This document shows positions 54,701 through 63,567 of a stretch of DNA of 64,000 nt, in pieces. A program made the position numbers and the translations under genes. A model generated the notes under the pieces. It was not told the DNA's origin and ran no database searches. It saw nothing but the letters and a program-made list of their open reading frames with translations. Each line of letters begins with the position of its first letter. Position 1 is the first letter of the stretch. The stretch is from Squalus acanthias (lineage: Eukaryota): assembly GCA_030390025.1 (NCBI GenBank), contig CM059425.1:163124001-163188000 (forward strand), given 5' to 3'.

Positions 54701-57651
54701 AAATTTGTCAGAGCCCCTGCAATCTCCTCCCTTGCCTCACACAGCAGCCTGGGAAACCTCTCGTCGGGGCCTGGGGATTTATCCACCTTTAAGCACGCTA
54801 AAACCGCTAGTACCTCCTCACTCTCGATACTAATTTGTTCAAGTATATCACAAAACCCTGCCTGATTTCTATGCCTACATCGTCCTTCTCCATAGCGAAC
54901 ACAGATGCAAAATATTCATTTAAAACCTCACCCACATCTTCCGGTTCTACACACAGATTGCCACTTTGGTCTCTAATGGGCCCTACTCTTTCCCTGGTTA
55001 TCCTCTTGCCCTTAATATACTTATAAAGCACCTTGGGATTTTCCTTTATTTTGCATGCCAGTGTTTTTTCATGCCCCCTCTTCACTCTCCTAATTTCTTT
55101 TTTAAGTACCCCCCTGCACTTTCTATACTCCTCTCGGGCTTCCACTGTTTTTAGTCCTTTGTATCTGCCAAAAGCCTCCCTTTTTTTCCTGATCCATTCT
55201 TGTATATCCCTTGACATCCAGGGTTCCCTGGACTTGTTGGTCCCACCCTTGACCTTTACGGGAACATGTTGGCGTTGTACTCTATTTCCTTTCTGAAAGA
55301 CTCTCACTGCTCTGATGCCCACCGTCCTCTCATGTCTCCCTCCACCCGTTCCCACGGGTCTCCAGATGCGGCCTCATGCCATTAAATTTCTGCTCCCAGC
55401 CGCCGGCCAGACAGTCTACATGAATTTATTTAAATGAGGCCCCGGCCTTACCAGGTTCTTCACCCACTACCGGGCTCCCACACCCCCTTCCTGCCTCACC
55501 GTTAATATTGGGGCCTGTGTCTCTGAAGTAGTTCATTGTCAAAAAACTTCACGTGAGGAATGGCTACTCAGGAGGAAGTACCAAAGGGTTGCCGGCAGTC
55601 ACAAAATCATTATCTCAACACAACATACTGCCTTCAGGGGAATATGGGAGATAATGGAGAAAATTGCCTCATATAATTGAGAAACTTATTTTCCTTGCAA
55701 TTCGTTTCCTTTGCTCATCAGCTGCTAAAGGCAGCAGCCCTCTGGAATACAGTTCTATCAATAGTTGCCCTGTGGTGCCTCAGTTAGGTGGCCATTTTTC
55801 GCGGGAGCTTGGACAGCGACAAAACACTATCACAGTTGACCTTAATCCTCTCATCTGGCCCCCTACAACTTCCAGCAAGAGTTGAAGTTCCAGCTGGATA
55901 GTAATCAGGAGTGACAATCCTGGTAGATTTTGCTCTCACTACTGTTTTCACAGTGATGGAGAGATGTAGGCTGGACTTAATAGATACAATATGAAGAAAT
56001 CAATGAATGAGTAATAATTAGCAAGTTGGGAATTCGGTGGGGAACAGGGACATGTTAAATGTGGGGTGGGAAACAGGAAGATGCAAAATTGAGGTTGGGA
56101 GCTAGTGAGGTCAAAGCAACATGTTTTGGAAGTAAATATACTTTAAAATTTGAGAAAAGAGCAGTGGTAGAGGATTCAAATGGGTGGTGGTCTAAAGTGA
56201 GACAAGTGGCCTAAAGGGAGACGAGTGGTATGGGTAATGGAGGGCTTAGTGGTGTTTAGCAGTCTTAACCAAAGTTACAAATGACACGCTCTGTGACCGT
56301 AATGTACTATCCATCCTCAACCTCTCTGCAGCCTTCACAAGAAATGAACAAAGGACCCATCCTCCTCCAATACCTGTGGTTATGGGGAATGGTGCAGGTT
56401 CAATTGTGTCTGTGCTTCATTGGACAATTGTTAAATATTATGGAAAACAGAAGATTCTAATAAAAGTAGGAGCAAGTTGTCTGAGGCTGTTGGCACTGCT
56501 GCGAAGGTAGACAAATTGGAAAGCCAAGCTAAATTCCTGAAAGTGAAAGATTAAAAAAAAAGTAGTTCCTAATTAAGGAATGAATGTTGAGGGTTAGTGA
56601 GGAAGTGCTGATATGGGCTTTTGGAGTGGGCAATTTAACCTCAACAGGGATTGGGGATAGGGTGCAATATGAATATAGAAAGAGTAACATGCAAATTGGC
56701 AACTAGGTGGGATAGTCTCAGCTGTGAGTGGATGTTGAGTGTTTATGCAGGAGAAGTTGGATTTGGAATAAATTGGAGAGAGCAATGGCTGAGGATGAAA
56801 AAGCTGGTGATAAAGTTCAAGGCTTTTAATATTATATGGCAAGTATCCCATGGTATGTATCCCATGGTATTAGTTAGATGATGCGGAGATGAGTCAGTGG
56901 ATATGCTGTTTTAGAACAATAGGGGTGTTATGCATTGTAGTGCGCAATATATCAGGATTACTAATTTACTTTGAACCAAAGTGTGACAGGATAATTCAAG
57001 TGTGACACAGGAAGTGTACACTATATAAATCGGTCATACTTCAAGTGCCACACTTAAACCATCAAAAGTTATTTAAGAAAAAGGCATTCATTTCACATTG
57101 GTTTCTTCTGACCTGGACCTAGAAACTTGCAAGTGCTTGCCAATCCACACACTTCCTTCAACAACAGCAATTAACCTAATTGACATCATCAGGATCTCCT
57201 AATTGACATCAGGATCTCCTAATTATAGCAATTAAATGTTGTCGTCTTAAAAGGGTAGGCCTTGTTACACAATTGCACCTTTGCAACAGATTATATTGTG
57301 CATATGTGTAATCCTCCTGACATTATAAAACAGCACATCATCTTACTATAAGCAACATAACCGGAGATCTATTAGTTTGTTGTACAAATCACTATTTTTT
57401 GATGTAATCTTGATAAGGATGCATTCAATTTTACAAAAGCAGAATAATGTAACTACCTTAGCATTTAGAAATGTGTGCAATTTCAAATGCTAAAATGTCA
57501 TATATAAGCAATATTAAACCAGAAATTAACTATGCCATACAAAAAAATTGTCCGACATTACCTTGCAATGCTTCAGTGCTTCTTTATATTCTTTATTTCT
57601 AATAGCTTCCCTTGCATTTTTCAATGTGGCTTTGATTTCCTTACTGGACAT
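340..57651 (-). CDS. SKIC3: SKI3 subunit of the superkiller complex (TTC37), N-terminal ~583 codons in 15 coding exons; gene continues beyond the left window edge
   Basis: Spliced translation [30 protein letters not shown]...[10 protein letters not shown] is recognisably colinear with vertebrate TTC37; all 15 exons have AG/GT boundaries and consistent phases. Confidence 0.97.
840..1566. mobile_element. Non-autonomous TIR element (GGCCCG-type termini)
   Basis: ggcccgtattttgc ... gcaaaatccgggct; relative in the opposite orientation at 28206-28951. Confidence 0.7.
2395..2705 (+). repeat. Old SINE-like repeat; relative at ~18430-18715
   Basis: Shared ggaag..agtttra(a/t)c..tgctgag(t/c)ta and atccagtgacc motifs. 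Confidence 0.45.
3431..3610 (-). CDS. SKIC3: SKIC3 coding exon 14 ([21 protein letters not shown]...[10 protein letters not shown])
   Basis: ctgcag|GCT ... ATG|gtacta; 180 nt. Confidence 0.96.
4090..4680 (+). mobile_element. L2-type LINE 3' end
   Basis: [32 protein letters not shown]; (gtt)n tail. Confidence 0.85.
5290..8940 (+). mobile_element. L2-type LINE 3' portion split by a CR1 insertion
   Basis: L2 sequence stops at 5776 and resumes at 8495 (ADLHWL); duplicated tgctg. Confidence 0.8.
5777..8494 (+). mobile_element. CR1 LINE, decayed ORF2 (APE + RT)
   Basis: [31 protein letters not shown] motifs; frameshifted. Confidence 0.93.
9580..10310 (+). mobile_element. Non-LTR retrotransposon 3' end (CR1/L2 group); older relative at ~33020-33905 plus 35647-35720
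   Basis: [34 protein letters not shown]; (atga)n/A tail. Confidence 0.8.
10663..10789 (-). CDS. SKIC3: SKIC3 coding exon 13 ([35 protein letters not shown]...LLK)
   Basis: tacag|T ... AAG|gtttgt; 127 nt, phase 2-0. Confidence 0.95.
11485..11522 (-). ncRNA. Minimal hammerhead ribozyme (mirror copy, sense to the SKIC3 pre-mRNA)
   Basis: Exact reverse complement of 13277-13314. Confidence 0.85.
13277..13314 (+). ncRNA. Minimal type I hammerhead ribozyme in the PLE pseudo-LTR
   Basis: tcac CTGACGA a GGAGC agcc GCTCC GAAA gc TT gtga: core, stem II, stem I and palindromic stem III (AAGCTT). Confidence 0.85.
13510..14460 (-). mobile_element. L2-type LINE 3' end
   Basis: [30 protein letters not shown]. 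Confidence 0.88.
15170..15548 (+). mobile_element. CR1 3' fragment
   Basis: [21 protein letters not shown] plus CR1 3' UTR. Confidence 0.75.
15641..18402 (+). mobile_element. CR1 LINE, near-complete decayed ORF2
   Basis: [35 protein letters not shown]. Confidence 0.95.
19098..19201 (-). CDS. SKIC3: SKIC3 coding exon 12 ([14 protein letters not shown]...KNYMQAEQ)
   Basis: gatag|ATT ... AAAG|gtaaga; 104 nt, phase 0-2. Confidence 0.93.
19530..19613 (-). CDS. SKIC3: SKIC3 coding exon 11 ([28 protein letters not shown])
   Basis: ttccag|CTT ... CAG|gttggt; 84 nt. Confidence 0.9.
19831..20586. mobile_element. MITE with GGGCCRGAAATTC TIRs and 3-bp TSD ATT (PIF/Harbinger-like group)
   Basis: att|gggccggaaattc ... 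gaatttctggccc|att. Confidence 0.8.
21243..23708 (-). mobile_element. CR1 3' portion (outer), interrupted by a second CR1
   Basis: ORF 21335-22061 continues at 23559-23668. Confidence 0.9.
22064..23558 (-). mobile_element. Young 5'-truncated CR1 with uninterrupted RT frame
   Basis: Open frame 22304-23558; TSD ttata (22059-22063, 23559-23563). Confidence 0.92.
24245..24381 (-). CDS. SKIC3: SKIC3 coding exon 10 (LEWLESSVH...[11 protein letters not shown]...ILEQ)
   Basis: tgtag|GT ... CAG|gtatga; 137 nt, phase 1-0. Confidence 0.9.
25996..26097 (-). CDS. SKIC3: SKIC3 coding exon 9 ([33 protein letters not shown])
   Basis: tgcag|GG ... CAGG|gtagga; 102 nt, phase 1-1. Confidence 0.93.
27589..27729 (-). 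CDS. SKIC3: SKIC3 coding exon 8 ([10 protein letters not shown]...[24 protein letters not shown])
   Basis: aacag|AG ... GAAG|gtagtt; 141 nt, phase 1-1. Confidence 0.94.
28206..28951. mobile_element. Non-autonomous TIR element, same family as 840-1566, inverted
   Basis: Termini and subterminal motifs (ggtcagcggca, gaagttgctg) shared. Confidence 0.7.
29325..29433 (-). CDS. SKIC3: SKIC3 coding exon 7 ([13 protein letters not shown]...[11 protein letters not shown])
   Basis: tttcag|CTG ... ACAG|gtagtt; 109 nt, phase 0-1. Confidence 0.92.
30039..30137 (-). CDS. SKIC3: SKIC3 coding exon 6 ([17 protein letters not shown]...FLSK)
   Basis: tgtag|TTG ... AAA|gtaagc; 99 nt. Confidence 0.94.
30195..30640 (-). 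repeat. tRNA-derived Deu-domain SINE (SacSINE1-like); other copies at ~2940-3305 (-) and ~58240-58580 (+)
   Basis: B-box-like gggttcaagcc; cagtactgagggag..gatgagacgttaaaccg core; L2-like tail. Confidence 0.7.
30966..31950. mobile_element. hAT-type non-autonomous element
   Basis: TAGGGTTG...CAACCCTA TIRs; 8-bp TSD gtttcagc/gttttagc (7/8 match). Confidence 0.75.
32200..32340 (-). CDS. SKIC3: SKIC3 coding exon 5 ([10 protein letters not shown]...DNETQQL)
   Basis: ttgcag|GTT ... CTG|gtaaag; 141 nt. Confidence 0.94.
33906..35646 (+). mobile_element. 5'-truncated CR1 nested in an older LINE
   Basis: RT motifs; TSD aaggc; close sibling of 41597-45030. Confidence 0.9.
35879..35954 (-). CDS. SKIC3: SKIC3 coding exon 4 ([25 protein letters not shown])
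   Basis: ttgtag|T ... GAG|gtgagt; 76 nt, phase 2-0. Confidence 0.95.
37321..37886. mobile_element. Tc1/mariner-pogo-type MITE, TA TSD
   Basis: ta|caggaaactct ... agagtttcctg|ta; internal ~55-bp direct repeat near 37695-37820. Confidence 0.85.
38385..38476 (-). CDS. SKIC3: SKIC3 coding exon 3 ([10 protein letters not shown]...KLMELYE)
   Basis: ttttcag|GGG ... GAAAG|gtatcc; 92 nt, phase 0-2. Confidence 0.93.
40905..41570 (-). mobile_element. CR1 3' end
   Basis: ORF 40988-41509; agaacataagaa tail. Confidence 0.9.
41597..45030 (-). mobile_element. Long CR1 with ORF1 SGNH-esterase domain, APE and RT (frameshifted)
   Basis: [45 protein letters not shown] motifs. Confidence 0.93.
45994..46659. 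mobile_element. MITE with GG-type TIRs, TSD TAT
   Basis: tat|gggcaggagtttccgc ... gcagaaacaccaggcc|tat. Confidence 0.65.
47968..48111 (-). CDS. SKIC3: SKIC3 coding exon 2 ([17 protein letters not shown]...QLLAWQ)
   Basis: cag|GCT ... CAG|gtatat; 144 nt; TPR motif. Confidence 0.96.
49606..50772 (-). mobile_element. Decayed CR1 3' portion carrying a PLE fragment at ~50365-50703
   Basis: CR1 3' UTR and RT tail; repeated ggataattt around the insert. Confidence 0.8.
50603..50641 (+). ncRNA. Minimal hammerhead ribozyme of a second PLE family, in a PLE 3' fragment (~50365-50703)
   Basis: cagtt CTGACGA a AGGTC ttc GACCT GAAA cg TT aactg. Confidence 0.82.
51185..51860 (+). mobile_element. L2-type LINE 3' end
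   Basis: [23 protein letters not shown]. Confidence 0.85.
52612..55318 (-). mobile_element. 5'-truncated CR1 interrupted by the TA MITE
   Basis: RT ORF fragments between 52750 and 55355. Confidence 0.9.
53302..53900. mobile_element. Same TA-TSD MITE family, opposite orientation, inserted in a CR1
   Basis: ta|caggaaactct ... agagtttcctg|ta; the CR1 resumes precisely on either side. Confidence 0.88.
57562..57651 (-). CDS. SKIC3: SKIC3 coding exon 1 ([30 protein letters not shown]); acceptor lies 4 nt upstream of the ATG (exon starts at 57655)
   Basis: tatag|GAAAATG ... TGCAAG|gtaatg; 90 nt. Confidence 0.95.
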
Positions 57652-59989
57652 TTTCCTATAATAGGAAACAGGAATTATAGCACAACATATATAGGTTTTA
57701 CAACAGGTACTACACTTCAATTTTAGGGCTGAAATTAATTTAATATTTTGAGAGGGTGAGCAAGAAAAAGCAGATAGTACTGGTGGTGTGGGAGAAGGAT
57801 ACTTCAACCAGTTCAAAGGTTTCCCAACATTTCAGTGTAGTACGGAGAGCGCACTGACTGCTTTCCTGACTCAGCAGATCAAGGTGCCCAAAAGAGGTGG
57901 CTCTTTTCTGGACTTGATCCTTGAGTCAACAAGTTACTGTTCAGGGAGTAGAAGTAGCTAGGAAATGGTGCCATTATAAAATAACTTTAAATTTGACTTG
58001 GGGAAACAGCACCAGCATGGAACCATATCCTAGTACACAATTTTATGTGGACAAACCTCAAGGTTATGTGGTCTGAGATTTGGCATGGCAGGATACTCAA
58101 TAATAAAGACATCCTTACAATAAATGGATATCCTCCAAAAATATTAAATGGGACATAACAAATACATATCTAAGTGCAACAAATGCAAACTAAACATAAA
58201 ATGCTTGGCAATGAATCAGCCTCCAACTCACATGGTAATAAGTTAAAGCCCAACTCTGGGATTTCATCACATATACTCAGGTGATACTGCAGTGTAGTAC
58301 TGAGGGAATGCTGCATTGAGAGGTGTGCCATCTTTCAGCTAAGACATTGAACCAAGGCCCAGATAAGCATAAAAGATCCTGTGTCACGATTTAAAGAATA
58401 GCAGGACATTCTCCCTGTCCTATGGCCAACTTTTCTCCTTCAACTAACACCAGCAAAAACAGATTAACTGGTCATTCATCTCATTTGCTCTTTATGGGAC
58501 CTTGCCATCTGTAAATTAGTTGGTGTATACACCTACACAACAATAATTTCATTTCAAAAAGTAATTCATTGACTGATATGCTGCAGGGCACCTTTGTTTG
58601 CTTATCTTTCAGTTCTGATTAAGGGTCACACCCAAAACATTAACTTGTCTTTTCTCTTTGCAAATGCTGACTGATCATCTGTGCATTTCCAGCATTTTCT
58701 ATTTTTTGTTTCAATTTCCTGCATTTGCAGTTTTATTCCTCTCATCAAACACAAATTCTGTTTGAGTGGGTGTTTTGAAGTCAGTGAAGCAGAGCTCCAG
58801 GAAGGCAAAAGGGGGTGAAAACCAATCGATGGCTAGGACAAATTAACTATACTTCAGGGTACTTCCAAGATAAGAGATTTGTGATGCACTTGGGAGTTGG
58901 TGGCTCAATGAACACTGGGAAATTCAGACTTCCTGGAAGCAGAAAGATTTAGTTTCCCTATTTCAAGATGGGTAACAAGAGATATACCTGGCAAGCAGAG
59001 ACTCATTCGCCTGATCCTCAACCTAAAATCTAACAGAACCATTAACCAGAAACAAATGGGGGAAGGGATTGTATAAATACAACCTAATAAATTACAAACA
59101 CAACTGCTTTAGAAGAGCGAGAGAGAGAGATTATCTGACTAACCTCATACTTTGAGGAGATAGCCCAAACTTACTCCATGTGAATCATTATGTAGCGTAG
59201 CTCAACCTCAGGCATTAAGCAAAATGACACTCATTTACAAGCTAATGTCAATGGGTATTGGGAAATAAATCAGACTTTATTTCAATTCTTTTATTACTTG
59301 TGCCTCCTTAAAACAAAGGGGCATGTGCAAATATGTTGATACTGGGAAAACCCAGTACCATCTTTATGATCATTAAAGTAAGCATATACAATACACACAT
59401 ACTACCAAGGAGACAATCCTAAGGAGAACAATCCCAGCTTCTCCAAAAGCTGAATTAATAAAGAGCTGCTGCCTGTGCCAGCTCTTTGAAAGAGCTATCC
59501 AAGTAGTCCCACTCTTTCCCCATAGCCCTGCAAATTTTTCCTTTTCAAGTACATACCCAATTCCCTTTGGAAAGTTACTATTGAATCTACTTCCACCACC
59601 CTTTCAGGCAGTGCATTCCAGATCTTTAACAACTCACTATATAACAAAATTCCTTATCCTCCCCACCCAAACCCACCACCTTCTTTTGCCAATTACCTTA
59701 AATTTGTGTTATCTGACCCTCCTGCCAAAGGAAACAGTGTATCCCTATCTATTCTATCAAACCCCGCATAATGTTGAGCACCTCCATTAAATCTCCTCTT
59801 CACCTTCTCTGCTTTAAGGAGAACAATCCCAGCTTCTTCAGTTTCTCCAAAAGCTGAATTAAAAGAGGGCTACTGCTCCAATCACTGACCCTCAAGCACA
59901 AACTACTGCTCTCACTGACGCCCGGACTTTTCTAACAGCTAACTTGACTGATCATTTTAACAGCTCTTTTCCCCAAAGGTAGTCCTAAA

Positions 59990-60344
59990 CGCAAGCTGCA
60001 GAAGATTTACCGGATCAGTCTCTGAGACCGCTTCCTCTTTGCAGCAACTCCAACCACAGCCCGCTCCCGGCAATCCTCGGCTCATCTGACGTAATCATGG
60101 GGAGAGGGGTCAAATTCAACTCCAGCTAAGCCTGGACTTTTAATATAATAATAGATTACAGCATCAATCCGTTGGTCGGAATCCCCCCCCTCACCCCTCT
60201 TTTTTCCTTTTATTTTAATTTTTTTTAATTATCAGGGTGTCTGTGGGATCACGTGACCCTGGTGAGCGGGCTCCCGCGGGGGCCGACGGGATTTGTAGTT
60301 TGAAGCCTGTGGCGGCGGTTCGCTCTCACCCGCTCGCCGTCGTT
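59990..60344. promoter_or_regulatory. CpG-rich bidirectional promoter for SKIC3/ARSK with CRE-like TGACGTAA (60087-60094) and CLEAR-like E-box ATCACGTGAC (60248-60257)
   Basis: Local CpG enrichment between two divergent genes; motifs read directly. Confidence 0.7.
60011..60070 (-). other. SKIC3: Candidate non-coding first exon of SKIC3
   Basis: Coding exon 1 begins with a splice acceptor, so an upstream UTR exon is required; CCG|gtaaat donor at 60010 at the edge of the CpG-rich promoter; 5' boundary is a guess. Confidence 0.45.
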
Positions 60345-60497
60345 ATGGAACGTTCGGTCGGTTCAAACCGTTCAATTGTAACCGCCGTCATTCGGCTCTG
60401 GATTGCGGTCACACTTCACAGCGCGGAGAGCCGGCGCCGCACACGGGAGCAGCCAGTGCCGGCACCCAACATAGTGTTCCTCACCTGTGACTCTTTG
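60345..60497 (+). CDS. ARSK: Arylsulfatase K exon 1 (leader peptide + APNIVFLTCDSL)
   Basis: Ends in the sulfatase N-terminal motif PN(I/V)xxxxxDS, like ARSK APNVVLVVSDSF, followed by TTG|gtaaga phase-0 donor; TTC37-ARSK head-to-head arrangement is known from human. Confidence 0.88.
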
Positions 60498-61928
60498 GTA
60501 AGAAGAAGTTTGCTGGAATCAGTGTTGTTCAGCATTGGGAAGAGTGCGAGTTATCGTTTGTGACCAGCTCGCACTGTGGAGCAAAAGAAATGCACAAACT
60601 TGTGGTTTGTTTATCAATTTTTTTCCCCGTGCTTCCGGCGTACAGAGCTCAGGAGTGTAGAAACACCGACTTACACACTGGTTCAAGGTGATGCAGGATA
60701 AGCAGGGTTATAAGGATAGGTGTAAAGGTGTTGCTATGGGAACCCGCATGGGTCCCTGCTATACCTGTCTTTTCGTGGGATATGGGAACATTCTTTGTTC
60801 CAGTCCTACTCTGGTCCCTCCCTCACCTTTTTTTCACATTGATGACTGTATCGGTGCAGTTTCCTGCTCTCGCCCTGAACTAGAAAATTTCATTCACTTT
60901 GCTTCCAATTTCCACCCTTCCCTCACCTTCACATGGTCCATCTCTGACTCTTCCCTTCCTCAACATCTCTGGGGATAGGCTATTGACAAGCATTCACTAT
61001 AAGCCCACTGACTCCCTTCTTCTTAGGCAGTCCCTCGGAACTGAGGATGACTTGCTTCCACACTAAAAAATGAGTTCTCAGGTGACTGATGAGTCCAATG
61101 CGGGACCGACAGTCTCTGTCACAGATGGGGCAGACGGTGGTTGAAGGGGCGGGTGGGTGGGGTGCTTGGGTTGACGTGCGCTCCTTCCGCTGTTTGTGCT
61201 TGGCTTCCGCTTGCTCCCAGCGAAGAGACTCGAGGTGTTCGGCGCCTTCCCGGAAGCTTCTCCTCCACTTTGTGCGGTCTTGGGCCAGGGATTCCCAGGT
61301 GTCGGTGAGGATGTTGCACTTTTTCAAGGAGGCTTTGAGGGTGTCCTTGAAGTGTTTCATCTGCCCACCTGGGGCTCTCTTGCCGTGTTGGAGCTCCGAG
61401 TAGAACGCTTGTTTTGGCAGTCTCGTATCGGGCATGCGGACGATGTGACCCGTCCATCGCAGCTGATCGAGCGTGGTTAAAGCTTCGATGTTGGCCTGAG
61501 CGAGAATACTGGTGTTGGTGTGCCTATCCTGCCAATGGATTTGCAGGATTTTGCGGAGGCAGCGTTGGTGGTACCTCTCCAGTGCTTTGAGGTGCCTGCT
61601 GCAGATGGTCCGAGACTCTGTCTTCGACACGAGTGTCCTCAACTCCATCCCGCAGCATGCCACCTGCCACCACCTCCGCACAACCCCAGCCCGGCATGAG
61701 GTTGAAAAGGCCATCCGACAACTGAAGAACAACAAGGCCTCAGGAGCAGATGGAATCCCCGCTGAGGCGCTAAAACATGGCGGAGAAGCACTATTGGCGC
61801 GAATACATGAACTCATTTCTCTTATTTGGAAGGAGGACATGATGCGGAGATGCCGGTGTTGGACTGGGGTGGACAAAATTGAGAAGACGCACAACACCAG
61901 GTTATAGTCCAACAGTTTTATTTGAAAT

Positions 61929-61963
61929 TACGAGCTTTCGGAGCGCTGCTCCTTCGTCAGGTA
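61929..61963 (-). ncRNA. Minimal hammerhead ribozyme (mirror copy)
   Basis: Reverse complement of 62563-62597. Confidence 0.85.
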
Positions 61964-62562
61964 CAGTGATGGAATACAAATCGGTTACAAAGTATATATA
62001 GACAGAGAACAATGTGTCTGCAGAGATACAATCCGTCAGGGAGGCATTACATCAAAGACACAGCAGAGTACAGCTAAGACAATGAGGTGGGGTCACAGGG
62101 GGTCCAACGTGTCAAATGCTGCAGTCTGCAGTTAAGCTTCTTACTTTTTTTTAAAACTGGAAATCACATCTGTGAACCAGACAACGACGTCGAGTCACGT
62201 CCTGTAGCGTGACATGAAACCGAGATCCCGGTTGAGGCCGTCCTCATGGGTGCGGAACTTGCAAGTTCCGCACCCATGAGGACGGCCTCAACCGGGATCT
62301 CGGTTTCATGTCACGCTACAGGACGTGACTCGACGTCGTTGTCTGGTTCACAGATGTGATTTCCAGTTTTTTTTAAAAAAAGTTAAAAGCTTAACTGCAA
62401 ACTGCAGCATTTGACATGTTGGACCCCCTGTGACCCCACCTCATTGTCTTAACTGTACTCTGCTGTGTCTTTGATGTAATGCCTCCCTGACGGATTGTAT
62501 CTCTGCAGACACATTGTTCTCTGTCTATATATACTTTGTAACCGATTTGTATTCCCTCACTG

Positions 62563-62597
62563 TACCTGACGAAGGAGCAGCGCTCCGAAAGCTCGTA
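62563..62597 (+). ncRNA. Minimal hammerhead ribozyme
   Basis: tac CTGACGA a GGAGC agc GCTCC GAAA gc TC gta. Confidence 0.85.
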
Positions 62598-63530
62598 ATT
62601 TCAAATAAAACTGTTGGACTATAACCTGGTGTTGTGCGACTTCTCATTTTTGGAAGGAGGAGAGCATGCCAGGGGATCTCAGAGATGCCGTAATTGTGAC
62701 CATCTTCAAGAAAGGTGACTAGTCCGATTGCGGTAATTACAGAGGAGTCTCCCTGCTGTCTGCCACAGGGAAAGTCACTGACTCCCACAGCTACCTGGAC
62801 TATACTTCCTCCCACTCCGCAACACCCTGGTCAATCGCCCCCAACACCGCTTTGCCCGGCACCTTCCCGTGCAAGCGCAGGAGATGCAACACCTGCCCTT
62901 TTACCTCCTCCCTTCCCACTGTCCAGGGCCTCAAACACTCCTTCCAGGTGAAACAGCAATTTACTTGTTGTACTTACAATTTAGTATACTGTATTCGCTA
63001 CTCACTATGTGATCTCCTCTACATTGGGGAGACCAAACGCAGATTGGGTGACCGCTTTGCGGAACACCTCCGTTCAGTCCATAAGGGTGTTCCCAAGCTT
63101 CCAGTCGCCTGTCACTTTAATTCTCTGCTCCACTCCCACTCTGACCTCTCCATCCTCGGCCTCTTGCACTGTTCCAATGAAGCTCAAGGAACAGCACCTC
63201 ATCTTTCAATTAGGCACTTTACAGCCTTCTGGACTCAACATCGAGTTCAACAATTTCAGACCATAACCTCTACCCCTATCATTTTTTTTCTCTCTCACAT
63301 GGCAGCTGTCGATCATTCTGCCATTGCCATTTACACTTCATCTAGAGTCATCTTTTGTTTCTTGTCCCATTACCATCTCCTTTTACCTTGCACCATCATC
63401 CCTTTTGTCTCTTAATCTCTCCTGCCTTCCATTCTATCACAGGCCTTCCCTTTTGTTCTTTCCTCCCCTACCCCTCTCCCTGCCCCTACACTTGCTTAAA
63501 AACCTGTTACAGTATATTCCAACTTTTTCC

Positions 63531-63567
63531 AGTTCTGACGAAGGGTCATCAACCTGAAACGTTAACT
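63531..63567 (+). ncRNA. Minimal hammerhead ribozyme at the 3' end of a PLE
   Basis: agtt CTGACGA a GGGT catca ACCT GAAA cg TT aact; lies downstream of a GIY-YIG remnant. Confidence 0.75.

Larger units (their letters stand above)
52167..55515. mobile_element. GGCC-terminal MITE split by a CR1 insertion
   Basis: ggcctcgatttt ... aatattggggcc; GC-rich halves flank the CR1. Confidence 0.55.
61838..62648. mobile_element. Non-autonomous spacer-less palindromic PLE derivative (two ~387-bp pseudo-LTR arms plus a 37-nt tail)
   Basis: Symmetry centre GAACTTG|CAAGTTC at 62261/62262; homologous to the 11394-13366 arms; 13-bp TSD tttggaaggagga (61825-61837, 62649-62661). Confidence 0.92.
61017..62775 (-). 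mobile_element. RTE-clade LINE with inverted 5' segment, itself interrupted by the palindromic PLE
   Basis: Minus-strand C-terminus (LRWTGHIVRM..CDRDCRSRIGLISHLRTH) with AAGAAGAA tail; plus-strand segment KASGADGIPAE..WKEE|SMPGDLRDAVIVTIFKKGD; TSD cactgactccc (61006-61016, 62776-62786). Confidence 0.88.

Noticed and set aside
57177..57224. Short tandem duplication ctaattgacatc(atc)aggatctc
   Set aside because: Two copies only, ordinary slippage; not an array. No CRISPR, tRNA or rRNA genes were seen in the window
60980..61912. 310-aa minus-strand ORF as a novel protein
   Set aside because: Chimera of PLE tail, antisense RTE segment and RTE C-terminus created by nesting and inversion
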